A stretch of DNA of 50,192 nt from a virus: the IMG/VR virus record IMGVR_UViG_3300034989_000079; one strand, given 5' to 3'. The position numbers were made by a program, and so were the translations under genes. Shown here in pieces: positions 26,871 through 35,452 of the stretch; the stretch's first letter is position 1, and each line of letters begins with the position of its first letter. The notes under the pieces were generated by a model, which was given only the letters and a program-made list of their open reading frames with translations, did no database searches and had not been told where the DNA came from.

Positions 26871-27432
26871 TATGAATAAATTGGAAGATATGTCTAAAGC
26901 ATTTGATTCATTAACTGGTGTTTGTGATAATTGTGGTTATACAGATGATAATATAGGTCGAAAAGAATGTTTAATGTGTGGAGCAAAGGCTTATGATGTA
27001 AAATTGCATGTTTTGGATAAAGATAGACCCAGTTTTCAAAAAATATATATGAATCTTGCGATTGATATTTCTAAACGGTCTACTTGTTCTAGGAGACAAG
27101 TAGGTTGTGTAATATCTTCTAGTGATTTTAGAAGGATTCTTGCTGTTGGATATAATGGTAATGCTTCTGGGTTGCCCAATAAGTGTGATGCACCAAATGT
27201 TTCCTCAGGGTGTGGATGCATTCATGCTGAGGAAAATGCTTGTATTTCTTGTGTTGAGCCAAGGAGTACAAAGAAAATAGTTTTTGTTACGGTTTTTCCT
27301 TGTAAGATGTGTGCAAAAAGATTTGTACAACTTGGTGGGGTTAAGCAAGTATATTATTTAGATGATTATCATGGTGAAGAAGCAAAATTTGTTTTTGATA
27401 TGGCTGGAATTGAGTTTTGTCGTTTGTTGTAA
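26857..27432 (+). CDS. dCMP deaminase (cytidine/deoxycytidylate deaminase zinc-binding fold) with N-terminal zinc ribbon
   Basis: HAEENAC ... PCKMCAKR zinc-ligand motifs (H-x-E, PCxxC); N-terminal CDNCGY...CLMCG. Confidence 0.65.
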   Translation: MLGIDMNKLEDMSKAFDSLTGVCDNCGYTDDNIGRKECLMCGAKAYDVKLHVLDKDRPSFQKIYMNLAIDISKRSTCSRRQVGCVISSSDFRRILAVGYNGNASGLPNKCDAPNVSSGCGCIHAEENACISCVEPRSTKKIVFVTVFPCKMCAKRFVQLGGVKQVYYLDDYHGEEAKFVFDMAGIEFCRLL

Positions 27433-27452
27433 TAATTATGGAAGATTGAGTT

Positions 27453-27677
27453 ATGATAGAAGTGAAAAGATGGATGTTTAGATGTTGGGTGGAAGGAATA
27501 ATAATGGAAAGAGATTCCAAAGGTAGGGTTGTTGCAGTTGAAGAAGGTAAATGTCAAGAAGCGGAAGATGCGTTGAATAGGGGAGAAACAATAGGTTTTT
27601 TGGATAACAGGGGTAAATGTATTTCAACGATGTCATTAGTTGATGGTGAATATAAGGAAAAGTTATATGAAGATTAA
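27453..27677 (+). CDS. hypothetical protein
   Basis: ORF tiling. Confidence 0.45.
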   Translation: MIEVKRWMFRCWVEGIIMERDSKGRVVAVEEGKCQEAEDALNRGETIGFLDNRGKCISTMSLVDGEYKEKLYED

Positions 27678-27915
27678 GCATAGAGATATCTTTACAAAAG
27701 AACAAATTGAAGAATTTGTTGGTGAATTTGTTACAATTAATTATAAGGGTCTTTTAGATAGGAAAGTTTTGGTAACTAGGCTTTTTAAGGGAAGTATAGG
27801 TTTTGATTCTAAAGAAGAATGGATATTAGGTGTTGTTGAAATTGGGAAAGGATTTTTTGAGATACCGATTGCTATTTCTAATATATTAGAGATAAAGAAA
27901 TTGGTAGTTGATTAG
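27667..27915 (+). CDS. hypothetical protein
   Basis: ATG in frame with track ORF 27640; chosen to minimise overlap. Confidence 0.45.
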   Translation: MKIKHRDIFTKEQIEEFVGEFVTINYKGLLDRKVLVTRLFKGSIGFDSKEEWILGVVEIGKGFFEIPIAISNILEIKKLVVD

Positions 27916-27918
27916 TTG

Positions 27919-27934
27919 GCGAACTCGAGTTCGC
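27919..27934. repeat. palindrome copy 5: GCGAACTCGAGTTCGC
   Basis: exact 16-bp palindrome, 12 nt upstream of the ATG at 27947. Confidence 0.9.
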
Positions 27935-27946
27935 AAAGAGGTTGTT

Positions 27947-28150
27947 ATGTCGAGACGGGTTGTTGTTTGGTCTGGATGTGCTGATTCTACATATCTTCTT
28001 CATTGGTATGCTACTTATTCTTCTATACAAAATCCTGTTTATGCTATTACGGTTGATTATCATCCTCAATTAGATAAGAAATTTATGGCTGCACAAAGAG
28101 CAGCAAAATTTGAAATGGAAAAGAAGAATCCACGGTCACCGTTTTTTTAA
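27947..28150 (+). pseudogene. QueC-like (7-cyano-7-deazaguanine synthase) PP-loop N-terminal fragment, 67 aa; truncated remnant or mini-protein
   Basis: RRVVVWSGCADSTYLLHWYATYSSIQNPVYAITVDYHPQ aligns with the QueC N-terminus (KAVVLLSGGLDSTTCLAWA....VYALSFDYGQRH); ORF stops after about one third of QueC length. Confidence 0.4.
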
Positions 28151-28161
28151 GGAGAAAAGAA

Positions 28162-28455
28162 ATGAATAAAATAAAATTAGGTGAAGGAAAATATCTTGTT
28201 AAGGTTGCAAGAGATAATGATACTAAAGATATAGGAATTGCATTTGTTAAGTTTGATAATAGTCATAAGATTGGGTCAAAGCCAACAGAAGAAGAAGATA
28301 AAAAAGAACCTTCATTTTTTATATCGTTAGGAAATATTAATAGTGCAACTATTATGTTGCAAGTACTTACGTATTCAATAGCATTAATAAATGGTGTTTC
28401 AGAGACAGATTGGTCAGAACATATAGATTTCGAAAGAGTTAATGGAAGAGCATAA
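28162..28455 (+). CDS. hypothetical protein
   Basis: RBS aaggagaaaag; ORF. Confidence 0.55.
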   Translation: MNKIKLGEGKYLVKVARDNDTKDIGIAFVKFDNSHKIGSKPTEEEDKKEPSFFISLGNINSATIMLQVLTYSIALINGVSETDWSEHIDFERVNGRA

Positions 28456-28480
28456 TAAAGAATATATGAAAGGTTAAGAA

Positions 28481-28828
28481 ATGAAAATTGATAATTATGG
28501 TGAATGTATAATTTGTGATAAATGGTTTAGTTTAGGTGATGAATATGATGACCATTTAATGTCTGAACATTCAGATATTATGGATATTGTTATGAAAATT
28601 GATGATAGTGAGGATAGTGAGAAAAATAAATTGATTTTTGACCTTATTAGGAAGGGATATGGGGAAAAACAACTTCCTGATAGATGGAAGGGCAAAGGTG
28701 GATTGAAGGATATTTATGAGATTCATGGTTGGGAAGCTGTTTTTTGGGTTGGTAAAGCCATTAGGCAAGAAGAATTGTATGTTGAAGAGATGAAAGATAG
28801 GAATAGTAATGCAGACAATAAAGTTTAA
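28481..28828 (+). CDS. C2H2-like zinc-finger protein (CIIC...H...H)
   Basis: CIICDKWFSLGDEYDDHLMSEH. Confidence 0.5.
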   Translation: MKIDNYGECIICDKWFSLGDEYDDHLMSEHSDIMDIVMKIDDSEDSEKNKLIFDLIRKGYGEKQLPDRWKGKGGLKDIYEIHGWEAVFWVGKAIRQEELYVEEMKDRNSNADNKV

Positions 28829-29357
28829 TTATGATTTTTTGGATGTACCATGTAAGAAGAATAAAGAAGTTATGGTTGGTTCTATTACATGTAAAAAATG
28901 TAAGCATAACAAAACTTCAGGCATAAGAATGAGATATGGAGGGGAAATAATGTGTAATTATGATGAAGATGTTATTGGTGACAGAGAAATAGTTGGTTGG
29001 TCATGTAATAAAAATGAAGAGCGGATTGTTTGTAGTGATAAAGATGAAGCTATACGATATTATCTTGAAGCGTTTGAGTGTGGAGAAAAACCAGATAAGA
29101 TAAAGGTTTTTGGCTTTGCTCGTTCTGAAATACATGATGATGGAACAGGTGTTTTAGAAGATTTTTTGATATGGTTAGATGAAGATTTTGGAGATCCAGA
29201 TAGTGGATGGACAGAACCTTCTGATAAAATGAAAAAGGCAGCAAAAGAATTTGTTGATGTCGTAATATCAGAATATGAGGTTTGGGCTTGTGATTGTGTT
29301 TATGAAGAGGAAGTTGATTTGAAAAAATGGATTGAAAAGAATGAAAGAAAAATTTAA
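28809..29357 (+). CDS. hypothetical Cys-rich protein
   Basis: ORF tiling. Confidence 0.5.
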   Translation: MQTIKFNYDFLDVPCKKNKEVMVGSITCKKCKHNKTSGIRMRYGGEIMCNYDEDVIGDREIVGWSCNKNEERIVCSDKDEAIRYYLEAFECGEKPDKIKVFGFARSEIHDDGTGVLEDFLIWLDEDFGDPDSGWTEPSDKMKKAAKEFVDVVISEYEVWACDCVYEEEVDLKKWIEKNERKI

Positions 29358-29637
29358 AGATCTTGATAAATGTATAGCAATAATTCGTGAAGTATTTGGT
29401 AATCCTAGGATATTGATTGAATCAGTGATTGGTCCAGCAACTCATTATGATGATGATCCAGATTATTATATTGAAATGACGCTTTATCCATCAAAGTTTT
29501 TGGGTGATATATCAAAAGAAGAATTTAGAAAGAAAAGTTTGAAAGTGTATTCTATATTGAGACAAAAAGGATATAGAGATATTTGTGAAAAAGTTGTGAT
29601 TAGAAAAGGTTGGAGTGGAAAGGAAGATAAAAAATGA
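29332..29637 (+). CDS. hypothetical protein
   Basis: ORF tiling. Confidence 0.5.
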   Translation: MKRMKEKFKDLDKCIAIIREVFGNPRILIESVIGPATHYDDDPDYYIEMTLYPSKFLGDISKEEFRKKSLKVYSILRQKGYRDICEKVVIRKGWSGKEDKK

Positions 29638-30347
29638 AAATTGTAGAACCATCAGTTGAAGTTATATTTTGGGCTCCTGAAGATAGTGGAACATTAGAGG
29701 AAGGAATTGAGAAAGCAGCAAGAACTTGTTACAAAAGTGAAGGGAAAATTGGTGAAGGAACAGCGGATAAACTGATTAGGAAACTCAGAAAAAGTGGTCA
29801 CCATGCTATGCTTGAATTTGGTTATATAATGGCAAGGATTATTGCGGACCGAGGTTTGAGTCATGAATTGGTAAGGCATAGATTGGCTTCCTTTGCACAG
29901 GAATCGACACGATGGTGCAATTACAATTCTGAAAGATTTGATTCTGAAATTTCTGTAATAGAACCTCCAGGATTGACAGAGGAACAGAGAGTCATATGGT
30001 CTGTAGCAATGGCTGATGCTGAAAGACATTATATGACTTTGATAAAAATTGGTGCTAAGCCACAAATAGCTAGGTCGGTTCTTCCGATAGGGTTAAAGAC
30101 TGAGATTGTTATTGGGGCAAATCCAAGGGAATGGAGGCATATTTTTAAGATGAGGTGTGATAAATATGCTCACCCTATAATTAGGAGTATAATGATAGAG
30201 ATTTTGTTGCAGTGTCGTGATAAATATCCTGCTATTTTTGATGATCTTTTTGATGATTTGCCTGATGAACTTATAAATAAATGGTCGGAATTAAAAGATA
30301 AAACTATGAGAGAAGTGATTATGAAACATGTTGTTGACAAAACATGA
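29634..30347 (+). CDS. thyX: flavin-dependent thymidylate synthase ThyX
   Basis: ThyX signature RHRLASFAQES (RHR-x7-S) plus conserved GHHAMLEF; ATGA-coupled. Confidence 0.75.
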   Translation: MKIVEPSVEVIFWAPEDSGTLEEGIEKAARTCYKSEGKIGEGTADKLIRKLRKSGHHAMLEFGYIMARIIADRGLSHELVRHRLASFAQESTRWCNYNSERFDSEISVIEPPGLTEEQRVIWSVAMADAERHYMTLIKIGAKPQIARSVLPIGLKTEIVIGANPREWRHIFKMRCDKYAHPIIRSIMIEILLQCRDKYPAIFDDLFDDLPDELINKWSELKDKTMREVIMKHVVDKT

Positions 30348-30363
30348 ATATGCTGTAATATAT
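30334..30363 (+). promoter_or_regulatory. sigma70-type promoter: TTGACA, 16-17 nt spacer, TAATAT (overlaps the thyX 3' end)
   Basis: catgttgTTGACAaaacatgaatatgctgTAATAT. Confidence 0.5.
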
Positions 30364-30413
30364 TAATGTTAGATCTGTAGGGCGATCTTACATGGATAGG
30401 AAATGAAACAAAA

Positions 30414-30599
30414 ATGAGACCATATAAATCAGAATATTGGTGGTATGAAATAAAGCCAAATAGTAGATATGGTAATTTTGAGATAGCAGATTTAAGGGGG
30501 TTATCTGATAAAACAAGAGAGAAGCAAGTTTTATGTATAGAGAATGATCCTGTTTTTGTTAGGTGGTTAGATTTGGCATATCCGCCTAAGCATGTATAG
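30414..30599 (+). CDS. hypothetical protein (MRP..YWW family, paralog A)
   Basis: MRPYKSEYWWYEIK..; paralog of 32143-32352. Confidence 0.5.
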   Translation: MRPYKSEYWWYEIKPNSRYGNFEIADLRGLSDKTREKQVLCIENDPVFVRWLDLAYPPKHV

Positions 30600-30611
30600 A
30601 TTGATAGAAAG

Positions 30612-30878
30612 GTGATATTGATGATATGCACAAGATGTGATGGTACTGGATTTATAAATTGGGATGAAAGGTGTGACCCAGAAGAATTTCATTCTGAAAA
30701 TGTAGAAGGGGTTTTGAAGTGGATATCAGAACATGAAGATACTGATATGTCGGTTTGTGATTGTTGTGGGGATGGAGAAGGGTGGTATGGGGTGCCAGGA
30801 CAACATTATGGACATGATGACCCAATAGGGAAGAATGGACCTTATGCTTATAATGGGGGGCTTTGTGAGTGCCATTAA
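30612..30878 (+). CDS. zinc-ribbon protein (CTRCDGTG...CDCCGDGEG)
   Basis: DnaJ-like CxxCxGxG repeats. Confidence 0.5.
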   Translation: MILMICTRCDGTGFINWDERCDPEEFHSENVEGVLKWISEHEDTDMSVCDCCGDGEGWYGVPGQHYGHDDPIGKNGPYAYNGGLCECH

Positions 30879-30884
30879 TGAATT

Positions 30885-31106
30885 ATGAAAACTGTAAAAA
30901 TAACAATTGAAGTTAAAGTACCTAATAAAACTAAGTTTGTAGCTGTTGACAAGAATGGGTATGTATATGCTTATTCAAGTGTTAAACCAGTTGTGTTTTC
31001 TAACGAAAGTGTATGGGATATTGATGGTGGTGGTATTGAAGAGTCAAAAAATTTTTCTAAAAGGGAAGTTTATAATTGGAGAGATACGTTGACGAAAGTT
31101 GAATAG
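30885..31106 (+). CDS. hypothetical protein (MKxVKITIEV family, paralog A)
   Basis: paralog of 31802-32098: MKTVKITIEVKVPNKTKFVAV..NWRDTLTKVE. Confidence 0.5.
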   Translation: MKTVKITIEVKVPNKTKFVAVDKNGYVYAYSSVKPVVFSNESVWDIDGGGIEESKNFSKREVYNWRDTLTKVE

Positions 31107-31108
31107 TT

Positions 31109-31492
31109 ATGGTTGATATAGATAATTTTTTACCGTTGACTGGTAAAGAACCACCACCAGGTTGGAGAAGACGTGTTGATGGTTTATCTGCTTTCTATCA
31201 TGGGGTATGGGATAATGAGAAAAAGCAGATGAGAGTGATAATATCGTATTCTAATGGATATGGTGATGGTAAATGGTGGTACCATGTTTCAGTATCTCAT
31301 CGAAAAAGAATTATTACCTATGATGAACTAACATATGTGAAGAGGCATTGGGTTGGAGATGACCATAAAGCTATTATGGTGCTTCCTGAAAAATCAAAAC
31401 ATGTGAATATACATCCAAATTGTCTTCATTTGTTTTGTTGTCTTGATGGAGACCCTTTGCCTGATTTTACTGGAGGTATGGATACGATATGA
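31109..31492 (+). CDS. hypothetical protein (conserved-looking WYHVSVSH...HPNCLHLF)
   Basis: ORF tiling. Confidence 0.5.
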   Translation: MVDIDNFLPLTGKEPPPGWRRRVDGLSAFYHGVWDNEKKQMRVIISYSNGYGDGKWWYHVSVSHRKRIITYDELTYVKRHWVGDDHKAIMVLPEKSKHVNIHPNCLHLFCCLDGDPLPDFTGGMDTI

Positions 31493-31815
31493 CAAAAGAA
31501 TTTCATGTTGAAACTGGAATATTGACGGAAGTTAAAACATCTAAGGTAGTTTTGATTACTGTTATAGAAAAACCATTTAGTTCTTTTGGTGAGTATAGAG
31601 ATGACCATGAACATTCACGTAGTGGAGATCTGCAATCTTATTGTTTTATGTGTTCTAGATTGTTTAAAAATGAAGACAATATATTTTTAAGTTATTGGGA
31701 ATCTCATGATAATGTGTTTTTATGTGAATCATGTAAAAATTTAGCATTAGAGTCTTGTGAAAAAAATATTGGGTCTGGTTTGATTGTAAAGAGGGGAAGA
31801 TATGAAGAAAGTTAA
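31489..31815 (+). CDS. zinc-ribbon protein (CFMC...CESC)
   Basis: CxxC pairs. Confidence 0.5.
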   Translation: MTKEFHVETGILTEVKTSKVVLITVIEKPFSSFGEYRDDHEHSRSGDLQSYCFMCSRLFKNEDNIFLSYWESHDNVFLCESCKNLALESCEKNIGSGLIVKRGRYEES

Positions 31816-32098
31816 AATTACAATAGAAGTAGAAGTAAAAGATGAAGCGAAGTTTGTAGCGGTAGAAAGTGACGGTACCGTTTATTCATTTGGTGAATTT
31901 CCTCATCCTTCTCTTCATGGGTCATATTTTGAAGTAGAAGATGATGTTTTTTGTGAGTCTGCTAGAGTTAGTAATTGGCGTGAAACAATTACTGAAGTAG
32001 AAGATACTGAAGTAGAAGATACTGAAGTAAAAAATAAAAATAGACCAAATAAGCCTGAGAAAGATTGGTGGGATAACATTTTTGATACCAAAAAATGA
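31802..32098 (+). CDS. hypothetical protein (MKxVKITIEV family, paralog B) with EVEDT tandem repeat
   Basis: MKKVKITIEVEVKDEAKFVAV..NWRETITEVED. Confidence 0.5.
   Translation: MKKVKITIEVEVKDEAKFVAVESDGTVYSFGEFPHPSLHGSYFEVEDDVFCESARVSNWRETITEVEDTEVEDTEVKNKNRPNKPEKDWWDNIFDTKK
31991..32029 (+). repeat. 15-bp tandem repeat x2.6 (actgaagtagaagat) encoding TEVED
   Basis: seen directly. Confidence 0.8.
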
Positions 32099-32142
32099 TT
32101 AGCAGAATGGGGTCAAAAACTGAATAGGTGATGAAATAATAA

Positions 32143-32352
32143 ATGAGACCAGATAGACCAGGATATTGGTGGTGGCGTGTTGATGCTTCATGTAAGTGGG
32201 AGATAGTAGAAATATTAAAAAATTCTGATGATGAATTTATAGTTAGATGGATAGGTAAATCAGGATTTAGTTTTTTGTCTGTTGTTGGAGGTGAGTGGCT
32301 TGGAATGGTATGTTTAAATCATGTAATACCATTTGTTAATGAAGGAGAGTGA
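32143..32352 (+). CDS. hypothetical protein (MRP..YWW family, paralog B)
   Basis: MRPDRPGYWWWRVD... Confidence 0.5.
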   Translation: MRPDRPGYWWWRVDASCKWEIVEILKNSDDEFIVRWIGKSGFSFLSVVGGEWLGMVCLNHVIPFVNEGE

Positions 32353-32353
32353 T

Positions 32354-32650
32354 ATGTATAAAGAAAAATTAGAAGTATTACGTGCAAATGTTGCTGTTCA
32401 ATCTTCTGATGGAAATTGGAATTATGACCCATATAATCATGGTTATGCTAATGGTTTAATTTTAGCTGAAGCTATTATGTATGATATTGAACCTAAATTT
32501 CTTGACGCACCCGAAGAGTGGATAAGTGAACGTGATGGTTTAGTATGCAGTAATGAAGATTTGAAGGATTTTGAAAGAATTAGTTTGGATTCTGAATTGT
32601 CAGCTTTGAATGTTTTGAACAGGAGTATTGCGAACTCGAGTTCGTTGTAA
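32354..32650 (+). CDS. hypothetical protein; palindrome copy 6 encodes its C-terminal ANSSSL
   Basis: RBS gaaggagagtgatATG. Confidence 0.5.
   Translation: MYKEKLEVLRANVAVQSSDGNWNYDPYNHGYANGLILAEAIMYDIEPKFLDAPEEWISERDGLVCSNEDLKDFERISLDSELSALNVLNRSIANSSSL
32631..32644. repeat. palindrome copy 6: CGAACTCGAGTTCG
   Basis: exact; 21 nt upstream of the ATG at 32666. Confidence 0.9.
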
Positions 32651-32665
32651 AGGAGGATATATAAA

Positions 32666-33001
32666 ATGGAATGGATAGGTGTTGATTTGGATGGAACATT
32701 GGCTGAATATGATAAATGGCGTGGTCCTTCTCATATAGGTAAGCCTATTTCTAAAATGGTTGATAGAGTAAAAAGATGGCCTAAGGATGGAAAGGATGTT
32801 CAGATTTTAACAGATAGAGTTCATAAGGATAATCCTGGTAAGGTTGAATCTGAATTGGCAATTAATTTGTGGACTAAAAGAGTCTTTGGAAAATCGTTAA
32901 AGACTAGAGCTGATAAAGATTTGAATATGATTGAATTATGGGATGATAGATGTATTCAGTTGCTTACTAATACTGGAGAAAGAGTTGATGGTAAAGAATA
33001 A
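32666..33001 (+). CDS. HAD-superfamily-like mini phosphatase/nucleotidase (motif I DxDGT)
   Basis: IGVDLDGTLAEYDKW; RBS aaaggagga; only 111 aa so fold assignment is tentative. Confidence 0.4.
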   Translation: MEWIGVDLDGTLAEYDKWRGPSHIGKPISKMVDRVKRWPKDGKDVQILTDRVHKDNPGKVESELAINLWTKRVFGKSLKTRADKDLNMIELWDDRCIQLLTNTGERVDGKE

Positions 33002-33080
33002 AGTAATTATATCTTGGAAAATAGATGAATGTTCATTACTTGATGTAAACAGGATTGAGAAAGTAAGATGAGGTTATAAG

Positions 33081-33341
33081 ATGGCTGTTTTTTATGAAGA
33101 ACATGAAAAACCAACAAGAATATTTAGTTTTAAAGATACTATTGGTGATTTTCATTTTATTGATTTTACATTAATTTATAGAATAAGTATTCATGAAAAT
33201 TGTGCGTCTGATTCATCTGATGTATCTATATTTTGGAATTTTAAAATTACTGGATTAATTAAAACTGAATTTAAGACAAGTAAAGATAGTGCAAAAAAAA
33301 TAGCTAATGCATGGTGTATGTGTATTAATGGAGGTAATTAA
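33081..33341 (+). CDS. hypothetical protein
   Basis: ORF tiling. Confidence 0.45.
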   Translation: MAVFYEEHEKPTRIFSFKDTIGDFHFIDFTLIYRISIHENCASDSSDVSIFWNFKITGLIKTEFKTSKDSAKKIANAWCMCINGGN

Positions 33342-33650
33342 GTGAGTGAAGATGACAGTAAGTTATCTATAGTTAAAAAAAGTAATGATAGTGTTGAGTT
33401 GTTTAGTTTATCTGCAATTTATACTCAAGATGCAGATTCTTGTAGCAATGAAACATGTCAGGAATTGGAATTGAAGACAGATGATGCAGGTTGCGGAATG
33501 TATTATGTTTTATCTACTAAAAGATGGGCTTTTGAAAGTGTTGATGAGATAGTAGGTATAATTGAAGATTTTCTGAAAAGAGTATGGCATTCTCGAACAC
33601 AATCATTTGGATTGGGTCTGGATCAAAAGGATGGTGAGAATGATGATTGA
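33342..33650 (+). CDS. hypothetical acidic protein (GTG start)
   Basis: RBS ggagg then GTG. Confidence 0.45.
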   Translation: MSEDDSKLSIVKKSNDSVELFSLSAIYTQDADSCSNETCQELELKTDDAGCGMYYVLSTKRWAFESVDEIVGIIEDFLKRVWHSRTQSFGLGLDQKDGENDD

Positions 33651-33921
33651 AATTATGAGTAAAATTAAATGTATAAAATGTGATTATATGGCTAAAGATA
33701 TAGAGGATATGATGTGTCATATTGAAAAAGAACATGTTGATGTGTTTAATATGATTGAATCTATTAAGAATGTTGACCCAAATGAAAGAGGTAAAAAAAT
33801 TGCTAGTGTTATTGAAGAAATATTAGGAGAAAAGATTCATGGAAATATTAATTATGATTCTCTTAGTGATATGTATGCTTTAAATGGTATATGTTCAATA
33901 TTGGAATTGATTGTTTATTAA
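33640..33921 (+). CDS. C2H2-like zinc-finger mini-protein (CIKCDY...MCHIEKEH)
   Basis: RBS aagga; ATG 33640 preferred over track start 33607. Confidence 0.45.
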   Translation: MMIEIMSKIKCIKCDYMAKDIEDMMCHIEKEHVDVFNMIESIKNVDPNERGKKIASVIEEILGEKIHGNINYDSLSDMYALNGICSILELIVY

Positions 33922-33944
33922 TATATATAATAAGGAGAGTAGTT

Positions 33945-34460
33945 GTGGTTAAACCTGAGATTAAGCCGGAATGGGTTGAAAAGTATACTGATTCATTTGC
34001 ATCACATTTAAGATATTATCGGCAGGCTGCTGATAAACTTGGTGTGGATAAATCACTTGTGCTGATTCATGATAATTCAAAAAGTATGGATGAAGAGTTT
34101 CCTTGGTATGTAAGGAGATTTGGTGGTGAGATTAAAGATGATCCTGAATGGTTGGCTGCTTGGAATCATCATATTCATAATAATCCTCATCATTGGGAAT
34201 ATTGGATAACACCAGGTGGTAATAATGAACCTAATACAATATTGCCAATGCCAGAAAGATATGTGTTAGAAATGGTGGCAGATTGGATGGGGTCTGGACG
34301 TGCATATACTGGTGATTGGGATATGACAGATTGGTTAAGTAGAAATTTGTCAAAGATAAAAATTCATAACAAAACAAGAGATAATGTTGAGAAAATTTTA
34401 GTTGATAAGCTTGGATATGAGAAACAGAATATACTGTTATGGAGATGGAGTTTGAAATGA
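33945..34460 (+). CDS. hypothetical His-rich protein, possible HD-like metal-dependent hydrolase
   Basis: GTG start with RBS aaggagag; LIHDNSK, WNHHIHNNPHHWEYW, EMVADWMG. Confidence 0.4.
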   Translation: MVKPEIKPEWVEKYTDSFASHLRYYRQAADKLGVDKSLVLIHDNSKSMDEEFPWYVRRFGGEIKDDPEWLAAWNHHIHNNPHHWEYWITPGGNNEPNTILPMPERYVLEMVADWMGSGRAYTGDWDMTDWLSRNLSKIKIHNKTRDNVEKILVDKLGYEKQNILLWRWSLK

Positions 34461-34526
34461 GTGGTTTTTTGTCGGGTATTTGGGGTTGTAAAGAGGGTAG
34501 TTGTTTATTGTTAGAAGAGGATACTA

Positions 34527-35252
34527 ATGAATAATTTTATTGTATTTGAAGGTATTGATGGTGTTGGAACTACAACACAATCATATATGATGTATGAATA
34601 TTTAAAAGATTTGATTGGAAAGAATAAAGTTGTATGGACAAAAGAACCAACTGATTCTTGTATCGGATATTTAATACGAGAGATTTTAGGTGGTACAGAA
34701 GAGAAGCCTTCTGGTAATGCCGTGGAATTACTGTTTAGAGCAGATAGAATAGACCATGTTGAGGATTTTATAAGACCAAAGATAGAGGAAGGGAAATGGG
34801 TTATTTGCGATAGATATTATCCTTCAACACTTGTGTATCAAGGAATTCAAAATACTATGTTAGATAGTATAAAGCAGATGAAGCGTATGTTTTATCATTT
34901 TATTGATAATGATGGAATTGTTATTCCTATTTTAACAATTATTTTAGATGCTGATGTTGATATTTGTCAGAGCAGAATAAAAGATAGAGATACTCATCGT
35001 GAAATTTATGAAGATATAGAATTTCAATTAAAGGTAAAAGAATTGTATTTAGAGTGGGCTAATGTCGATTGGGATAGAATAGCTGGGGCACATGGTAAAA
35101 CTGATGAAATTATTTATCCATGGAATAAAAAAATAGTTGTTGATGCGAACGGAAGTGAAAAAGAAGTTCATGATAGATGTAAAAAAGTATTATGTGATGT
35201 TTTATCTGATGCTTTAGGTATCGATTGGAACAGTTTAGAAGGTGTAAAATGA
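34527..35252 (+). CDS. tmk: thymidylate (dTMP) kinase
   Basis: P-loop FIVFEGIDGVGTTTQ and TKEPTDSCIGYLIREIL match Tmk motifs (FI.fEGidGsGKsTQ; TREPgGt.iGe.IR). Confidence 0.65.
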   Translation: MNNFIVFEGIDGVGTTTQSYMMYEYLKDLIGKNKVVWTKEPTDSCIGYLIREILGGTEEKPSGNAVELLFRADRIDHVEDFIRPKIEEGKWVICDRYYPSTLVYQGIQNTMLDSIKQMKRMFYHFIDNDGIVIPILTIILDADVDICQSRIKDRDTHREIYEDIEFQLKVKELYLEWANVDWDRIAGAHGKTDEIIYPWNKKIVVDANGSEKEVHDRCKKVLCDVLSDALGIDWNSLEGVK

Positions 35253-35452
35253 AATATTCTGTTTATGCAAAAGTTATTGGAAGTAAATATTTGGGTGAGG
35301 TAGAAGCTTCTAGCGAAAAAGAGGCCATTGAAAAAGGTTGGGAATTAGACGAAGCTTGCGTTTGTCTTTGCCATCAGTGTTCTTCGGAATGTGAAAATCC
35401 AGAAGTAGATCATATATCTGTTGTTCAGCATGGAGATGAAGATAATGGGTGA
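35249..35452 (+). CDS. Cys-cluster mini-protein (CVCLCHQCSSEC)
   Basis: ATG overlapping the tmk stop. Confidence 0.45.
   Translation: MKYSVYAKVIGSKYLGEVEASSEKEAIEKGWELDEACVCLCHQCSSECENPEVDHISVVQHGDEDNG

Noticed and set aside
30170-30631. Minus-strand 153-aa ORF
   Set aside because: It fully overlaps the well-supported thyX 3' end and the downstream + strand genes. The AT-rich antisense frame gives I/L/S/F-rich pseudo-protein, with no start context.
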